A stretch of DNA of 64,000 nucleotides from Camelus ferus (lineage: Eukaryota), in assembly GCF_009834535.1 (NCBI RefSeq), contig NC_045696.1, forward strand, positions 81,222,001 through 81,286,000. The letters are read 5' to 3'. Positions within the stretch are counted from its first letter, which is position 1; every line of letters starts with the position of its first letter. The notes under the pieces were generated by a model. The model searched no databases. It was not told the origin of the DNA and saw only the letters and a list, made by a program, of their open reading frames with translations. Shown here one piece after another: positions 39,088-50,892 of the stretch. The position numbers were made by a program, and so were the translations under genes.

Positions 39088-40999
39088 CAGATGCTTAGTA
39101 AGTAGTCTATGAATTTAAGTTTTAATTAAGAGGGCTGCCGTGTTGTTCAATTCCAGGAAATTTCCATTCATATAAAAAAGAATGGGATTAGTGTTTCTTG
39201 GAGTTGTGTAATAATGTGCCTTGTGACTAGGGTAAAAAGGGTTTTTAAAAAAAAATTATGATAGTTATGCCCATTTTATGTGAAATTAGATTTACTTCAT
39301 AAGACCTTTCTTTGTAAAAACTTGACCACATTCCAACGTGCACTGAAATCCATTTCCATTTATAGAAATGAGGCCTTTTTGAAAGTTTTTTATTGACTGC
39401 CATTTTGCTTAATAATGGAATATTGTACTGATTGTATTTGTGATATGTTGTGAACCCCTAACAGAAGTTGTCAAGGTTAGACAACTCTGTTGGAAGTTAT
39501 CATGAACAACAAAATGAAATGTTGACTCAATAAGGTGAGTCATAAGAACTCACTCTGTCTGGCTGCTCCTGTTTGCATTTTTGTCCTATAAAGGAAAAAA
39601 GGCATAGCAAGCATTTTTATTTCCTTTCTTTATAAAATGCATGAAAAGTTAAAGAGCTTTGCCTGGAGCCTTACTGAAAAATTGAAAACTGATCAAATTC
39701 TGAATAGAATCTGTATATTGTTACTCCTTCAGCTCCACTGCATTTACTGTCTCCCAAAGATTTTTCATCAATTCTGAATTTGCTTTCTAACATGTATTTT
39801 TCTCAAAAAGAAAAAGTAAATATTAAAAAAATACAAAAACACAGATGTAATGTTTTTAAAAGTATAATCAAGCTTTCTAAGCATAGTTTGTACAATTGTG
39901 TATTTTTCAGTAGTTGCAACTATAAGTTGTTGAATGTCTATCAATGACTAATAAATTAATACATTGTATTATTATTGGCATTAAAATTCTATCATTTAAA
40001 AGTTCATTAAATTTAAGACAGATTTTCTGGTTAGGAGATCTTGAGATGTCATAAATCATATTTTAATAATAAAAACTCTCAGTTTATTTATTTGCTTAAA
40101 TAAGCATCATTTTTACTTCCTTACCATCCTTTCTGAAGACAGAAGCCACCGGTGAAATAAATCATTAATATTGTAAATGCAAGATTTGTGGGCTGAATGC
40201 CAAAGAAGTACAGATAGATACCAATCTTTTGGATAGTAGGCAAGTACCTAACGCCCAAGGTGACAGAAATCAAGTCCTGGCGACTAGCTTTAAATTAGAC
40301 TTGATATTTGAATCTTTGGCGATGTGCTTACACCTATTTCACAGCTGGAAATGAGGAAGAGGAGGAAGGAAAGGCAATTCTTCATTCTTTTGTGCAAGTG
40401 ACCTTAAGCTGATTGAGGTCTAAAAGCTTTAGGTGAATTTGCTAGCTCCATCTTTCCACATCTGTGTCAAGGAAAGGTTATCCAATGTCCTCTTTGGTTC
40501 AAAAAGCACAGACAACCTCGTCCTTAATTTCTGCCTGTAAGGTTGATCTGTCGGCTGCTGCTAGCCGGAATATAATTTGGAATGCAATCACCTCTACTTC
40601 TATACTTTATAATGTTTCCATACCCTTGTGCTATATAACTTTTCAATCCATGTTGCTAATTTTTAAATAAAACAATTACACATATTTACACAAATAAATC
40701 TTCCTAGACAAAATATACTCTGTCAGGCATTTTATTTTATACCTCTACTCTTTACCCTTAGGCTTTGGGAAAATTTAAAATAGAATAAAAAGAAAAGGAG
40801 TGATACATTCTTGCTTGGCAAGGCTAATCTGAATGGAAAAGATGACCTGCAAAAAACTTGCTTCTCTGAGCCTCAGTTTCCTCATTTGATGACAGTACTT
40901 GTTCTATCCGTTGTTACACCTTCAAATAAGAGATGCTGTGATTTTTTTTATAAAGAGAACAGAAGGGCGTGAAAAAGCGTTTCCACAGAGGTAGGGAGT

Positions 41000-41370
41000 T
41001 CATTCTTACAGCCTGTATTGATTGAGCACAGGCATTGATCTGCCACTAAGAGAGTGAACAAGACAAAGAGCATCTGCCCTCAAGGCACCTCCATTCTAGA
41101 GAGAGAGCCTCCCAGTGCGCATGACAAATAATAAAATATGTCATTTGTTAGATGACAGTAAAGCAGGAAAGGAGGGCAGTAAGACCTAGGGTGGAGTTGA
41201 ATTTTTAGATAGGAAGGCTGGGGGAGGACTCCTGAGGAAGGTGACTTTTGAGTCAAGATCTGATGAAAGTAAGCAAGCAAACAGAGCAGAAGGAAGAGAA
41301 ATGTAAAGTTCCAGGGGCTGGGGGTGGAGGGGGAGGCGGATAGCAGGAGATAAGGTCAGAGGCAGAACCT
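41000..41370 (-). mobile_element. L2 LINE 3' fragment
   Basis: gtattgattgagcac...agtgaacaagacaaag...ctgccctcaaggcacctccattctag...ctcctgaggaaggtgacttttgagtcaagatctga. Confidence 0.8.
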
Positions 41371-41399
41371 TTCGGTAACACTGAAAACGCTACAATATC

Positions 41400-41515
41400 G
41401 TCATCGTTTACCCAGGCACCACGCCAAGAGTTTTTATATATATTAATTTAATCCTTAGAACAACCTAGTCAGCAAATAATTTTGTAATACCTGATTCACA
41501 GATAAGGAAACTGTC
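41400..41515 (-). mobile_element. MIR SINE fragment
   Basis: ccaggcacc...atttaatccttagaacaacc...ttcacagataaggaaactg. Confidence 0.7.
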
Positions 41516-42759
41516 GACCAAAACTAATTCTAGACCCAATAAACCCTACAAGGGCTCCTCCCACCTCCTCCAAAGCCTTTCCTCTTAGCTTCCATACTCA
41601 TCTACTAGGTCTTCCGAAGCTCCAGCCCCATTTGGTGATTCTCTCTTAGACTGGGTGAAATCTCTCCTTGAGAAGAGGAGATTGGCTAAAAAGTCCACAC
41701 AATGCTCTCCTCGCCTGTCTCACGATCCCTCATCAGTCAGTCTAGGCTGGAGGCACGAAAATGTAGTGGGAGAGAGGAATTTCACTGGAGTCAGGGAAAC
41801 CTCACCCTCCTTGAGAGGAAGGTATCTGACAGGTCACTGTTGGACTGCAGCTAAATTTAGCTGCAAATCAATGCACTTACTAACTAGTCAGCTACTCGCC
41901 TATTCTGGCTTGCCCAGATCCTGGGTCAAGTCATATTTACTTAAAAGAGCCCTCTTCCTTTCTCAGAGAATCATTATATTTCACCCAGCATTTTTCTGGA
42001 GAAAGGGTGGAGGTTCCTGAGGGGCACATGAGTGAACTCCCAGTAGCCAGCTTCCCAGGGATGGTTGCTGACAAATGGCTGTAGTCCACGTTGGCTCCAC
42101 TTTGAGAGATTATAAATATGTAAGAGCCTCCCTGCATTTATAAAACAGCTTTCAGTTTTTAAATGTCCTTTTTGTCCTCTTGCCCTCCTACCCAAAGAAC
42201 GATTTGCAGGCCTTTGCTTGGGAAGCACAGTCACCAGTGCAGCCTGTGCTGATGCAGAAGACCTCCATTGGTAGGAGAGAGATTTTCAGCCTTTGCAGAG
42301 ATCTGGGTCCCCTGCTGTGGCAAGTGGAACCATGACTGCCATAACCATTTCATATACTGGAGAATCCATGGTTGGGTGTTTTTCTTTGGCCACTTTCAAG
42401 AAACTTGAGCTCTTTAATCCTCAATTGCCCAAAATGGGTGAATGCTATCATTAATATAGAATAATGTTGCTCATCTTATTCTTTCTTTAAAAAGTATTCT
42501 CCTTTCCTTATTTCTTGGAAATAGATCACTTAAAACAATGGCAAGCATCCTGTATCCCTTCATTTGAAGAATTTATACTGGATGAAGGCAAACATCTTTA
42601 TTCTTTTATAGTTGACCTTTATATTTTAAGCATAATGTTTCTTCATGATTTATATTTTAATCAAACAAAATAATGTATTCCTGAATCGAGCTGCCAATAT
42701 TTCACTGTTCACTGAACACCTGTTAAATATCAAATTCTTTTAAATGGGGGTTTGTCAGT

Positions 42760-42925
42760 CTTGGGCCAGTTGACATCGGGGACCCAATAATTCTTTGTTG
42801 GGGAAGGGAAGGTTTAGTACCATCCCTGGCCTCTACCCACTAAATATCGGTAGCAGCCCTGGGCACTGGTGACAATCAAAAATGTCTCCAGGCTTCCCCA
42901 CGTATCTCCTGGGGGCAGAGCTAAA
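42760..42925. mobile_element. MER20-like hAT-Charlie element
   Basis: ataattctttgttgggg...tttagtaccatccctggcctctacccacta...gtgacaatcaaaaatgtctccag...tctcctgggggcaga. Confidence 0.85.
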
Positions 42926-45900
42926 ATTTTGTCCCTTAAAGGGTGTAAGATAAAGAGGGTTTTATTTTTTTTTTAAGGCTAAATCATATATAACTGTTCA
43001 AAATCCACTCCCCCCCCCCAACACACACACACGTCTGTGTCTATACACACACATTCTCAGAGTGCTTACAGAGGAGGCATTTGGTTGAGAGCTCTCATTG
43101 TGGTCTTTTTTTCGTGGAAATCATTATGACTCCAGTAAATTGCTCACTAAATTTCATCTGTCGCCTGTGTTCCTGCTCAGATACAGCTAAAGCCTATTGA
43201 AATTGATTTTTGTGTCAGCAGCAGAGCAGGGATTCTGTAAGAACATGAAAGCTTCCCTTTCATTACTAGTCTTTTTTCCCCCATATTACTTCAGATTTGG
43301 TGGGCACTAATTATATTCCAGTGCTGCTCCTACTGACATTTCTTTTGTTTTAATTAAAACTTCTGGAGGTTTGAGGACACTGTGGGAGAGGGTTTATTCA
43401 TCAGCAGCCCTGATAAAGAGTCAAATGGGACCCTGTTTGTGTTGCTGCCGCTCCAAGAATGACAGCTGGGAACACTGCGGTCCTTTGCCTTTGTTTTCCT
43501 CTCCACATTGGTGTGGTCCTTTCTCTTCCTGCACAGCTCGGAGCTTCCAGATCTGCTCTTGCTGCTGCCACAGACGTTCTGTTATTAAGTGACCCAGACA
43601 GCGCTGTGGGTGGACTGGCTTCCTATTAAAGCCATAAATTAGGTGAAATGAAATGCAGCGCTGTCTTTTTATTATTATTATTTATTTCTGTTCCCGTGCC
43701 TATGGTGCCTTGTGGTGCAGCGCCAACCCCGCCCACTCCCGGCCACGTGGTTGTAAATCCTGAACCACAGGGGCCAATGTCCGGCTGTAATTGACAACCC
43801 TACGCAAGGCCTGGAGGGAAGACATAATATATCTTCTTAATCTGCAGCTGGGAGGTGGGATGGAGTGAGCACAGGGTCTGCCAGAGGTCTTCAGGGGAAG
43901 ACAGAGTTGCCTCGTAAAATAGCCCAGAGAGGAGAGCTATTGATTGGAAATCTTAGAAAACGTGCTGAGCTTCCTCCAGAGCCGTTGGATCTGTCCTGCC
44001 TCCTGTTCGCATTCTCTTGGGAAAAAGGGAGGCAGAGATGGAGGAACTGTAGCAAGGCCGCGTCTGCACCATATTTTCTCTCCCTGACCTTTTCCTCAGG
44101 TAAGCTGTGAGATTCTGAAACGCAGAATGCCAACGTCTGCTCAGGCCTGCAGGGTCACTCCTCTGCCCAGTGTGTTAGTTCACACTAGGGAAAGAGAACT
44201 GAAAACAAAACCTTCTTGAGCAAAACACTTACATCAGAACCTCCAGTTCCCACACCGTGAGCCATTCTTGCAGTCCCTTTTTTCTAAAGAGGAAAACTTT
44301 CTGCCCCTCTTATGTAGGTATTTCCCCCAATTATCAAGCTTCTCCCAGGGTAAGCTGCCAGGCTCACTGGAGTCTTTCTGGTCACTGTGAATGGAGGCAG
44401 CTTACAAGGTCCGCTGGGTCTAGAAGCTTGATGTCTCCTGGTGTGATTTAGCATCTACTCTTTGCAAGATGCCATCCTTGGCAATGTCAGCGGATTAAAC
44501 AGACGTAAGGCAGAGTCCTGGCCCCTGAAGAGCGTTCCTTTCTAGAAGTCATGTGTCTGACGGACTGAAGGTCCAAATGTGTTAGGGACTAAGGAGGAAA
44601 GTTGGTTCCCATACAATTCACATAGGTTATTTATTGTAAGCTGTTAAGAGCTATATGCACTGTTAAAGTTAACTTCTTGCCGGCTGTATCAAGATCAGCC
44701 CATCTTTGTATCTTAAGGAGATTCCTGACTTCTCTACCATACTATACCCATCTATTCTAAATCATCTGAGCTTGCCTCTCAGATTTCATGGAGTATGCAA
44801 GTCTCAGCCACCCCAATAAAAAACAAAAGTAAGTATTAGGAACCAACATAGGGTTGTTTACTTTTACTTTTGAAAAATTGAGAACTTTTAATTAATGAAC
44901 ATTTTAATGCCCCAAATCTTAAGAAGCCTGCTTAAGTTGAATACTTCTGGCTTTCTGGAAAAATTTGTCACAAAGTTCTTATTTTTCTCCTTTTACTGAA
45001 GTTGAGTATAAACCTCATCCTGGACTGGTGTCCGGGAAACAGGACTTCTAAATGCCATATAGATCCCCATGTGCCACCCTCACTCGGGGGATAGGGACGG
45101 CTGTCATGCTGGGTGGGGAGGGTAGAATATTTGGGAGGCTGAGGAGCTGGCTGCCTGCAAATATTCTGTCTCCATCCTTTGAACTCTCACATCTAGAAGG
45201 CTTAGTCCTCCCAGAAATTAATGTACAAAAGCTGCAAATGATTGTGGTAATTCTGTGCTATAAATTAGGTGAGAGCCAGGAAGACCTCCTGATTTGTTCT
45301 CGTTTGGGGGGTTGAATGATGAGGAGGTTATTGGGAAATGTGTTCTTGGCTTAAGGCCATGGCCAAGAGACTGGTTCTGCTACTTTTTTGAGCTCTCGTC
45401 ACCCCGCAGCCTGTCTACTTGTCACTGCTGTCACTTCAGCTGTGCGTGCCTTTCCTGGGTACAGGCATCAGGCTCCCTGCCACGGAATCTGCATACATTA
45501 ACTATTGTCTGCTAAAAATTATGACTATTTGATTTTTTCCCTTTAATCATCCATTTTGATTTTTCTAAACTGAGCCAAACAGGCAGCCGTGAAGACTGAA
45601 GGGGAATGCTAGTTTCTAACAAAGAAAAATGAAACAATGGTCTTTTCTTCCCGGCCCTGTATCTGTGAGCAAGCCTCAATTCTCAGTTGGCCCAGCCCTG
45701 AACAATCTTGAAAACAATCCATTTTCAGAGGTGCCAAGCAGAGGAATTCACAGGGAGTGATGCTGAGAGAGAGAGAGCTGTTGCTTGGGAACTGTCCTGT
45801 GATGGTCCTTTGCTTCATCTTTGCCACAGTCTGGGAGCTGTGAGGGCTGGATCACACCTCTGCCTATGTGGGCAGGAAGACTTTTTAAGCTACAGATGAA

Positions 45901-46358
45901 TGGCACATGCAGGCCAAGGAAAAACAGAGGCCCCATTAACCTGGGGAAACCCGAGGAGTAGACACTGTGCCAGCCATCTTCTGTGAACATTCTTGTTCCT
46001 TGATCATAGAGATTTATGGAGTCTTTTCATTGTCTTGTCCACCTCTTTGCCTCAAGACATGCTGTGTCAAAGAAGGGTAGCATTCCTAAAGACGTTCAGA
46101 TAGATATCTTAACTCTGCTTTAATCTTAACTTTGAGTGGAAAATCAGAGTTTTCACCTTCACTCTCAGAGGGAAAGCTAAAACCAGTCTCTAGTTTCTCT
46201 CTGATCTATGCAGAAGGGAAGTAAATTGGCCTCTCTATAGAGCATAAAGGAACTTCATCCACTTAAAATCATCTTCTAATTTATTTATGGGTGAAATGAT
46301 TGTAATTTCTGCTTACAACTCCACCGCATCTGTTTCTGTGCACTTTGTGGCTGGATAG

Positions 46359-46360
<2 letters not shown>

Positions 46361-46396
<36 letters not shown>
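46361..46396. repeat. (GT)18 microsatellite
   Basis: 36 nt of uninterrupted GT repeat. Confidence 0.98.
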
Positions 46397-46397
<1 letters not shown>

Positions 46398-46559
46398 GGC
46401 GGGGGATGGGGAGGATGGAAGAAAGTCATGTGGACATAGGGATGGTATTGACCAAGAACCTGAATACAACCCGCAGACGTCACTATTTTATTCAGTTTGT
46501 TATTTAGTAAATCTTAATGAATCCCTGCTGTATCAAGGACTCTGGATAACATGGGGTAA

Positions 46560-47050
46560 ATATATATCCATCCATTCCCAAGTCTTGTTGATTTGACTTC
46601 CTGAAAATCTCTGAATTCTCGCTACCTCTCACCACCTCTCACCCTCTCCATTATTTCCATCCCAGTCCAGGTTGCCATATCTCTCAAATGAATTACCTAA
46701 GCAGCATTGTAAGTGTTATTCTTTCATCATCTTTTCTAGTTTCCTCCATTCTCTGCCCTGCCTCCAGAGCGATCTTTTCAAAATGCAATGATGACCCTAC
46801 AACCTTGCTTCAAACCCTTCAGTGGCTGCCAATTGGCCTTAGATAAAGATAGAACTCCTCAAAATGACCTGCAAGGCCCTGCATGGACTCACTAGACATG
46901 TATTCTCTACTCCAGCCATACTGACCTGCTTTCAGTTATTCAGATGCTCAAATAACCACACCACAGGACCTTTGAACATGCTGTTCCCTTTATCTGGAAT
47001 ATACTTCCCAGTGCTTGACCTAGTTTATTCTATTCATCCTTTAGGTCAGA
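46560..47050 (+). mobile_element. L2 LINE fragment
   Basis: ccagagcgatcttttcaaaatgcaa...aaacccttcagtggctgcc...gacctgcaaggccctgcatgg...ggacctttgaacatgctgttccctttatctggaat. Confidence 0.85.
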
Positions 47051-47163
47051 ACTTTTCTAAAAACTTTCACCCCAAGATCCAGTAAGAAATATAATTTTAC
47101 ATTAATACTGAGAACACAGATAGATAGGTAGATAGCTAGCTAGCTAGGTAAATAGTTAGGTAG

Positions 47164-48904
47164 AGTCTTTGACTGAATTCCCTAGGAAACAGATTCTGAG
47201 GACCGAGATTTGTTTGTCGGAAGTGTTTTGGTGTGTACTCTTAGTATCAACTCTATGGGTGAGGACAGATTTGGGCAGAGGAAGGAGTTGACTGCAACAA
47301 AGCCCCCGGCAATCCCCCAAAAAGGAGCTCTGGAGCTGAGATGGCCCTTCAGAGTTTTTCCATTTTGACATAAGTGCTATAGGATTTTATATTCCTACAT
47401 CAACCAGTCATTGAATGCTCACCACCTCCAGGTAAGGGGCATTACCTTAAGCAGGGAGCATGACCTTGGGTCCAACTGCTCTCTTTGAGTAAGGGCAGTT
47501 CCTGGAGAAAGACTCAGGATACCTCAGTCCTGAAGGTGTGGTCTGAGTAGCACACCACATCATCCACTACAGTCAATTCCTTATGGTGCTTGGATCCATT
47601 TGCTTTGAAAAATAAGTTCTGGAAACAGCTCCTCTAGGATTCTGGCTGGTGTTTTTTCCTCTGAGCCAAGTTGTAAGAAGAAGCCCCATCGTTACATATT
47701 GTCTAATGGTCATACCTCCTCTACCATTTTAATCCCCCTTCCCCGACCCCGATTAGCATCTTTGCTGGTCTATATGGCAGGCTTGCTGGAGTGACCCACA
47801 TATTCATTCCTGAGAATTCTGAGCTCCTGCTCACCATGCCTTTTCTCGGGCTTGAAAAAAAAAGGTAGCACATCAAAAGACTCTAGTGCAGCCTGAGGGT
47901 AGAAGAAGCTGAGGACCAGATCCAGGAATTAATTATTAAGGTAGAAGAAAAAGTTGAATCCACAATTCAAGCCTGATTGGGAGGGAATGAGACTCTGAAA
48001 CTTGGAATGGAGACTTCATGCACTTGCAAGCGTGAAACCACTGATCCCCGGAATCCTCTGAGCCCACAGAAGTGGTCTCCCCATCTTGCTTACAGATACT
48101 GAACAGATCTTGGATTCTGACCTGGCTTCCCTTGTGATTTTCATACATTGCCTTCATTTGATGATCAATCACCTTAGCTTTTCATTGTCTGTCTTTACTA
48201 CATCAGTGGCTCACAGCAAAAGCCATCTGATTCTATTTTTTTAAACTACTGTTTCCTCAAGACCACTCAAAAGTCAGAAATATTGGACTCACCAGTGTGT
48301 TCCCTGGCACCTGTATCCTACTCCAGTTCCCCGCTAGGGAACATGTTGACAGTGACACTGCGATGGCGTGCCAGAGGCTATCAGTGAGCCACCTGCCACC
48401 AGTGACAGGAGTCTCATTGACAGCTACTCAGAGAGCCTGTCTCCTCAGGCCATTCCTGGTACCAACTGTCTTAGGTGGGGTTTCCCCAGAAACAGTTGGA
48501 GATTTATAGGTAGGAATTTTACTGTGGAGTGCTCTTAGGATCTACCCCTGTGAAGAAAGTAGCATTGTGCAGAAGAAGGAGTTTAACTGCACTACAGACT
48601 CAGCAAAGACCTCGGCCATCCCGGAGAGAGGTCAGGGGCTGAGCGGGCTCCTCAGAGTTGCTTGACTTTAAGACTAAAGCAACTGAGCCTTTATACTCCT
48701 GTGTCAACCAGCCATTGAATTTGGCTGTCTCCAGGAGGAAGCGTGACCTTGGGCTGAGGACAGTTCCCAGAGAGGGCCTAGGCTGAGAGCTGTCAGGGAC
48801 TCTGGTCTTGAAAGAAGAGGGTGCACTTCAGGATCAGTGGTAGATAGGTGATGGATAGATGGATGTGACCGCAACATTGGATCTGGAAACAACAGCTTAC
48901 TACA
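47164..48904 (-). mobile_element. Internally deleted ERVL (class III) provirus with two LTR33-like LTRs (47164-47571 and 48467-48904), PBS and gag remnant
   Basis: Two related LTRs share tcaaccagYcattgaat, tgaccttggg and cagttccYRgaga, and both end ...actaca. Minus-strand PBS TGGTACCAGGAATGG at 48450-48464 lies just inside the 5' LTR. ERVL gag-like motif LIGRE*DSETWNGDF at 47973-48017. TSD not recognisable. Confidence 0.8.
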
Positions 48905-49402
48905 TATTCCATGCTGTGATTTTTTTCCCCCATTTCATTTGATCCATTTTCATGGTTCTTATGGTACACATTTTGAAAATCACAGTATTGGATACGATCA
49001 GGAAGTTAGTGTAGGATGCTGTGAAAACACAAAGGTAAGGGCACTTGTCTGCAATTAGGAAATTTAAGAAGTCTTCCCCAATAAAGGCGAGATCAAATCT
49101 AAGCTAAGCGCGAAGAGGTAAAAACACTCTACCTGTGTGAGTCCTTGGACAAGGAGACCTGGTGGGAGTCGGGGGAGTGTCTGCATTTTTCACAACCCTA
49201 GTTTGCTCTGCTGGAAACAAAGGTATTTCGGTGACCTAGATGTGAAAAAATTCTCTCTTCCAGGCTTGCCTCAAGCTAGCAGCTCTAAGGCCATCTTGCT
49301 GTAGGAAAGAACAGCAATAGCAGAGCCCAGGCTTGCATGGCCATTTCAGACAAAACAGCTGTTTTTCTCTTGTATTTATTTTAGGGAGGAGGTAAAGGGG
49401 TG

Positions 49403-49774
49403 CAGTCACCCCTGTGTCTGCAGCGGGGCAGGGGTTGGGGGTGGGTATGGCTTCCAGGACCTGCCTTGGATAGCAAAATCTGTGATGCTCAAGTCCCGTA
49501 TGTAAAATAGCAGAGTATTTGTATGTAACCTATGCACATTCTCCTGTAAAGTTTAAATCACCTCTAGATAACTTACAATACCTAATGCAATATGAATACT
49601 ACATGATGTAAATAGTTGTAAATACAATGTGAATGCTGTGTAAATAGTTGCTGGCAGGAGCATACACCCAAGTTTTACTTTTTGGAACTTTTCAGAATAT
49701 TTTCTCAAATATTTTCTATCTACAGTTGTTTGCATACGTGGATGTGGAACCTGCGGGTATAGAAAGCTGAGGTG
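49403..49774 (+). mobile_element. MER2/MER2B-like TcMar-Tigger MITE
   Basis: ttccaggacc...ggatagcaaaatctgtgatgctcaagtccc...tgtaacctatgcacattctcc...tttaaatcacctctagataacttacaatacctaat...ggatgtggaacctgcgggtatag. Confidence 0.88.
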
Positions 49775-49934
49775 CAGTAACCCTTGAGTGGTTTAGATTT
49801 CTCCGCGATGTGGATTATTTTGTATGGAAGAAGAGTCAGCACAGTTCTTTGCCCCAAACAAAAGGTGAAAGAAAAGAAGGGGAGCAGAGTGGGTCTGGAA
49901 GTCTGTCCAAGCCCCGGGAGAGACTGCGTCCTCC

Positions 49935-50642
49935 TGTTGTTGAACCCACGGTCACGTGGCTGACACACAGTGAGGCCAAACAAACCAGAACATTGGAGCT
50001 TGGGGCAGAGAAAGGTTTATTGCAAGAGCCAAGCAAGGAAGACGGCTGGTTTGTGTTGAGAGGACCCAAACTCCCCGATGGCTTTCAGGCAAGGGTTTTA
50101 AAGACAGTGTTAGAGGAGAGGGTCGTAGGATGCGGGGTCAGCTCGTGGGCTGCCTTCTGCTTGATTTGTGGCGAGGTAACTAGGTGATGTGTCGGGAATC
50201 TCAACTTTCTGGTTCCAACTAGTCTGGGATCTACACACTTGTGGTCAGAATGTAGTCACCATCCTCCACCTGGTGGGGATCAGTTTCTGCAGACCAACTC
50301 AAAGATAAGCGTCAGATAGTTATCTACGTCCCTTCAGGAAGAACCAGGTGTCCTGAGGCTGGATTGTACTCACCGTTGACTGCTTGAGCGTGCTCTTTGG
50401 AACTTGGGGGAAGCCTAGGAAACTAAAGCCTTTTTATACAAACAAGAAGTGGGAGACACACAGGAGCTTTTGTACCCAGGAAGGCCCTGTAGAGTCCTGC
50501 TGGGTTTCAATCCCCGCTTTTTTCGATACTCCTCTGTCTGGAGAGGAATAGGTGCAGGGACAGAAAGGGAATAAAGTTTTGGATAGAGAGGTTAATTTAT
50601 AAACTCAACAGAGGAACTTGGTTTTATGGGAACTCGGTTTCA
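49935..50642 (-). mobile_element. ERV1-class solo LTR, composite (708 bp)
   Basis: TG...CA termini; flanks CTCC and CACC (4-bp TSD with one mismatch); minus-strand AATAAA near 50016-50021; minus-strand start tgaaaccgagttccc; retains CpGs. Confidence 0.8.
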
Positions 50643-50689
50643 CACCAGCCTAGTGCACCCCGGCTCTCCCTGATTTAATTTTTTCGTCT

Positions 50690-50892
50690 TTTTTTTTTTT
50701 TAAGCAGTTTCTTTGTTTTTGGGTTTTTTCTTATTGTTTTTTGTTTGTTTGTTCTTTGTTTTTTGGGGGGAAGCAGGTAATTAGGTTTTGTTTGTTTGTT
50801 TATTACAAAATTTAATGGAGGTGCTGGGGGTTAAACCCAGGATTTTGCGCATGCTAAGCATGCACTCTGCTGCTGACCTATACCCTAACCCC
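50690..50892 (-). mobile_element. Vic-1-type tRNA-derived SINE with long A-rich tail
   Basis: ggtaattagg...aatggaggtgctgggggttaaacccagga...atgctaagcatgcactctgctgctgacctataccc; same family as 30848-30962. Confidence 0.88.

Noticed and set aside
47050..48990. A hAT (MER113-like) element split by the ERVL insertion
   Set aside because: The flanks (ccagtaagaaatataattttacat; cattttgaaaatcacag) are suggestive but too decayed to assign without a consensus alignment.
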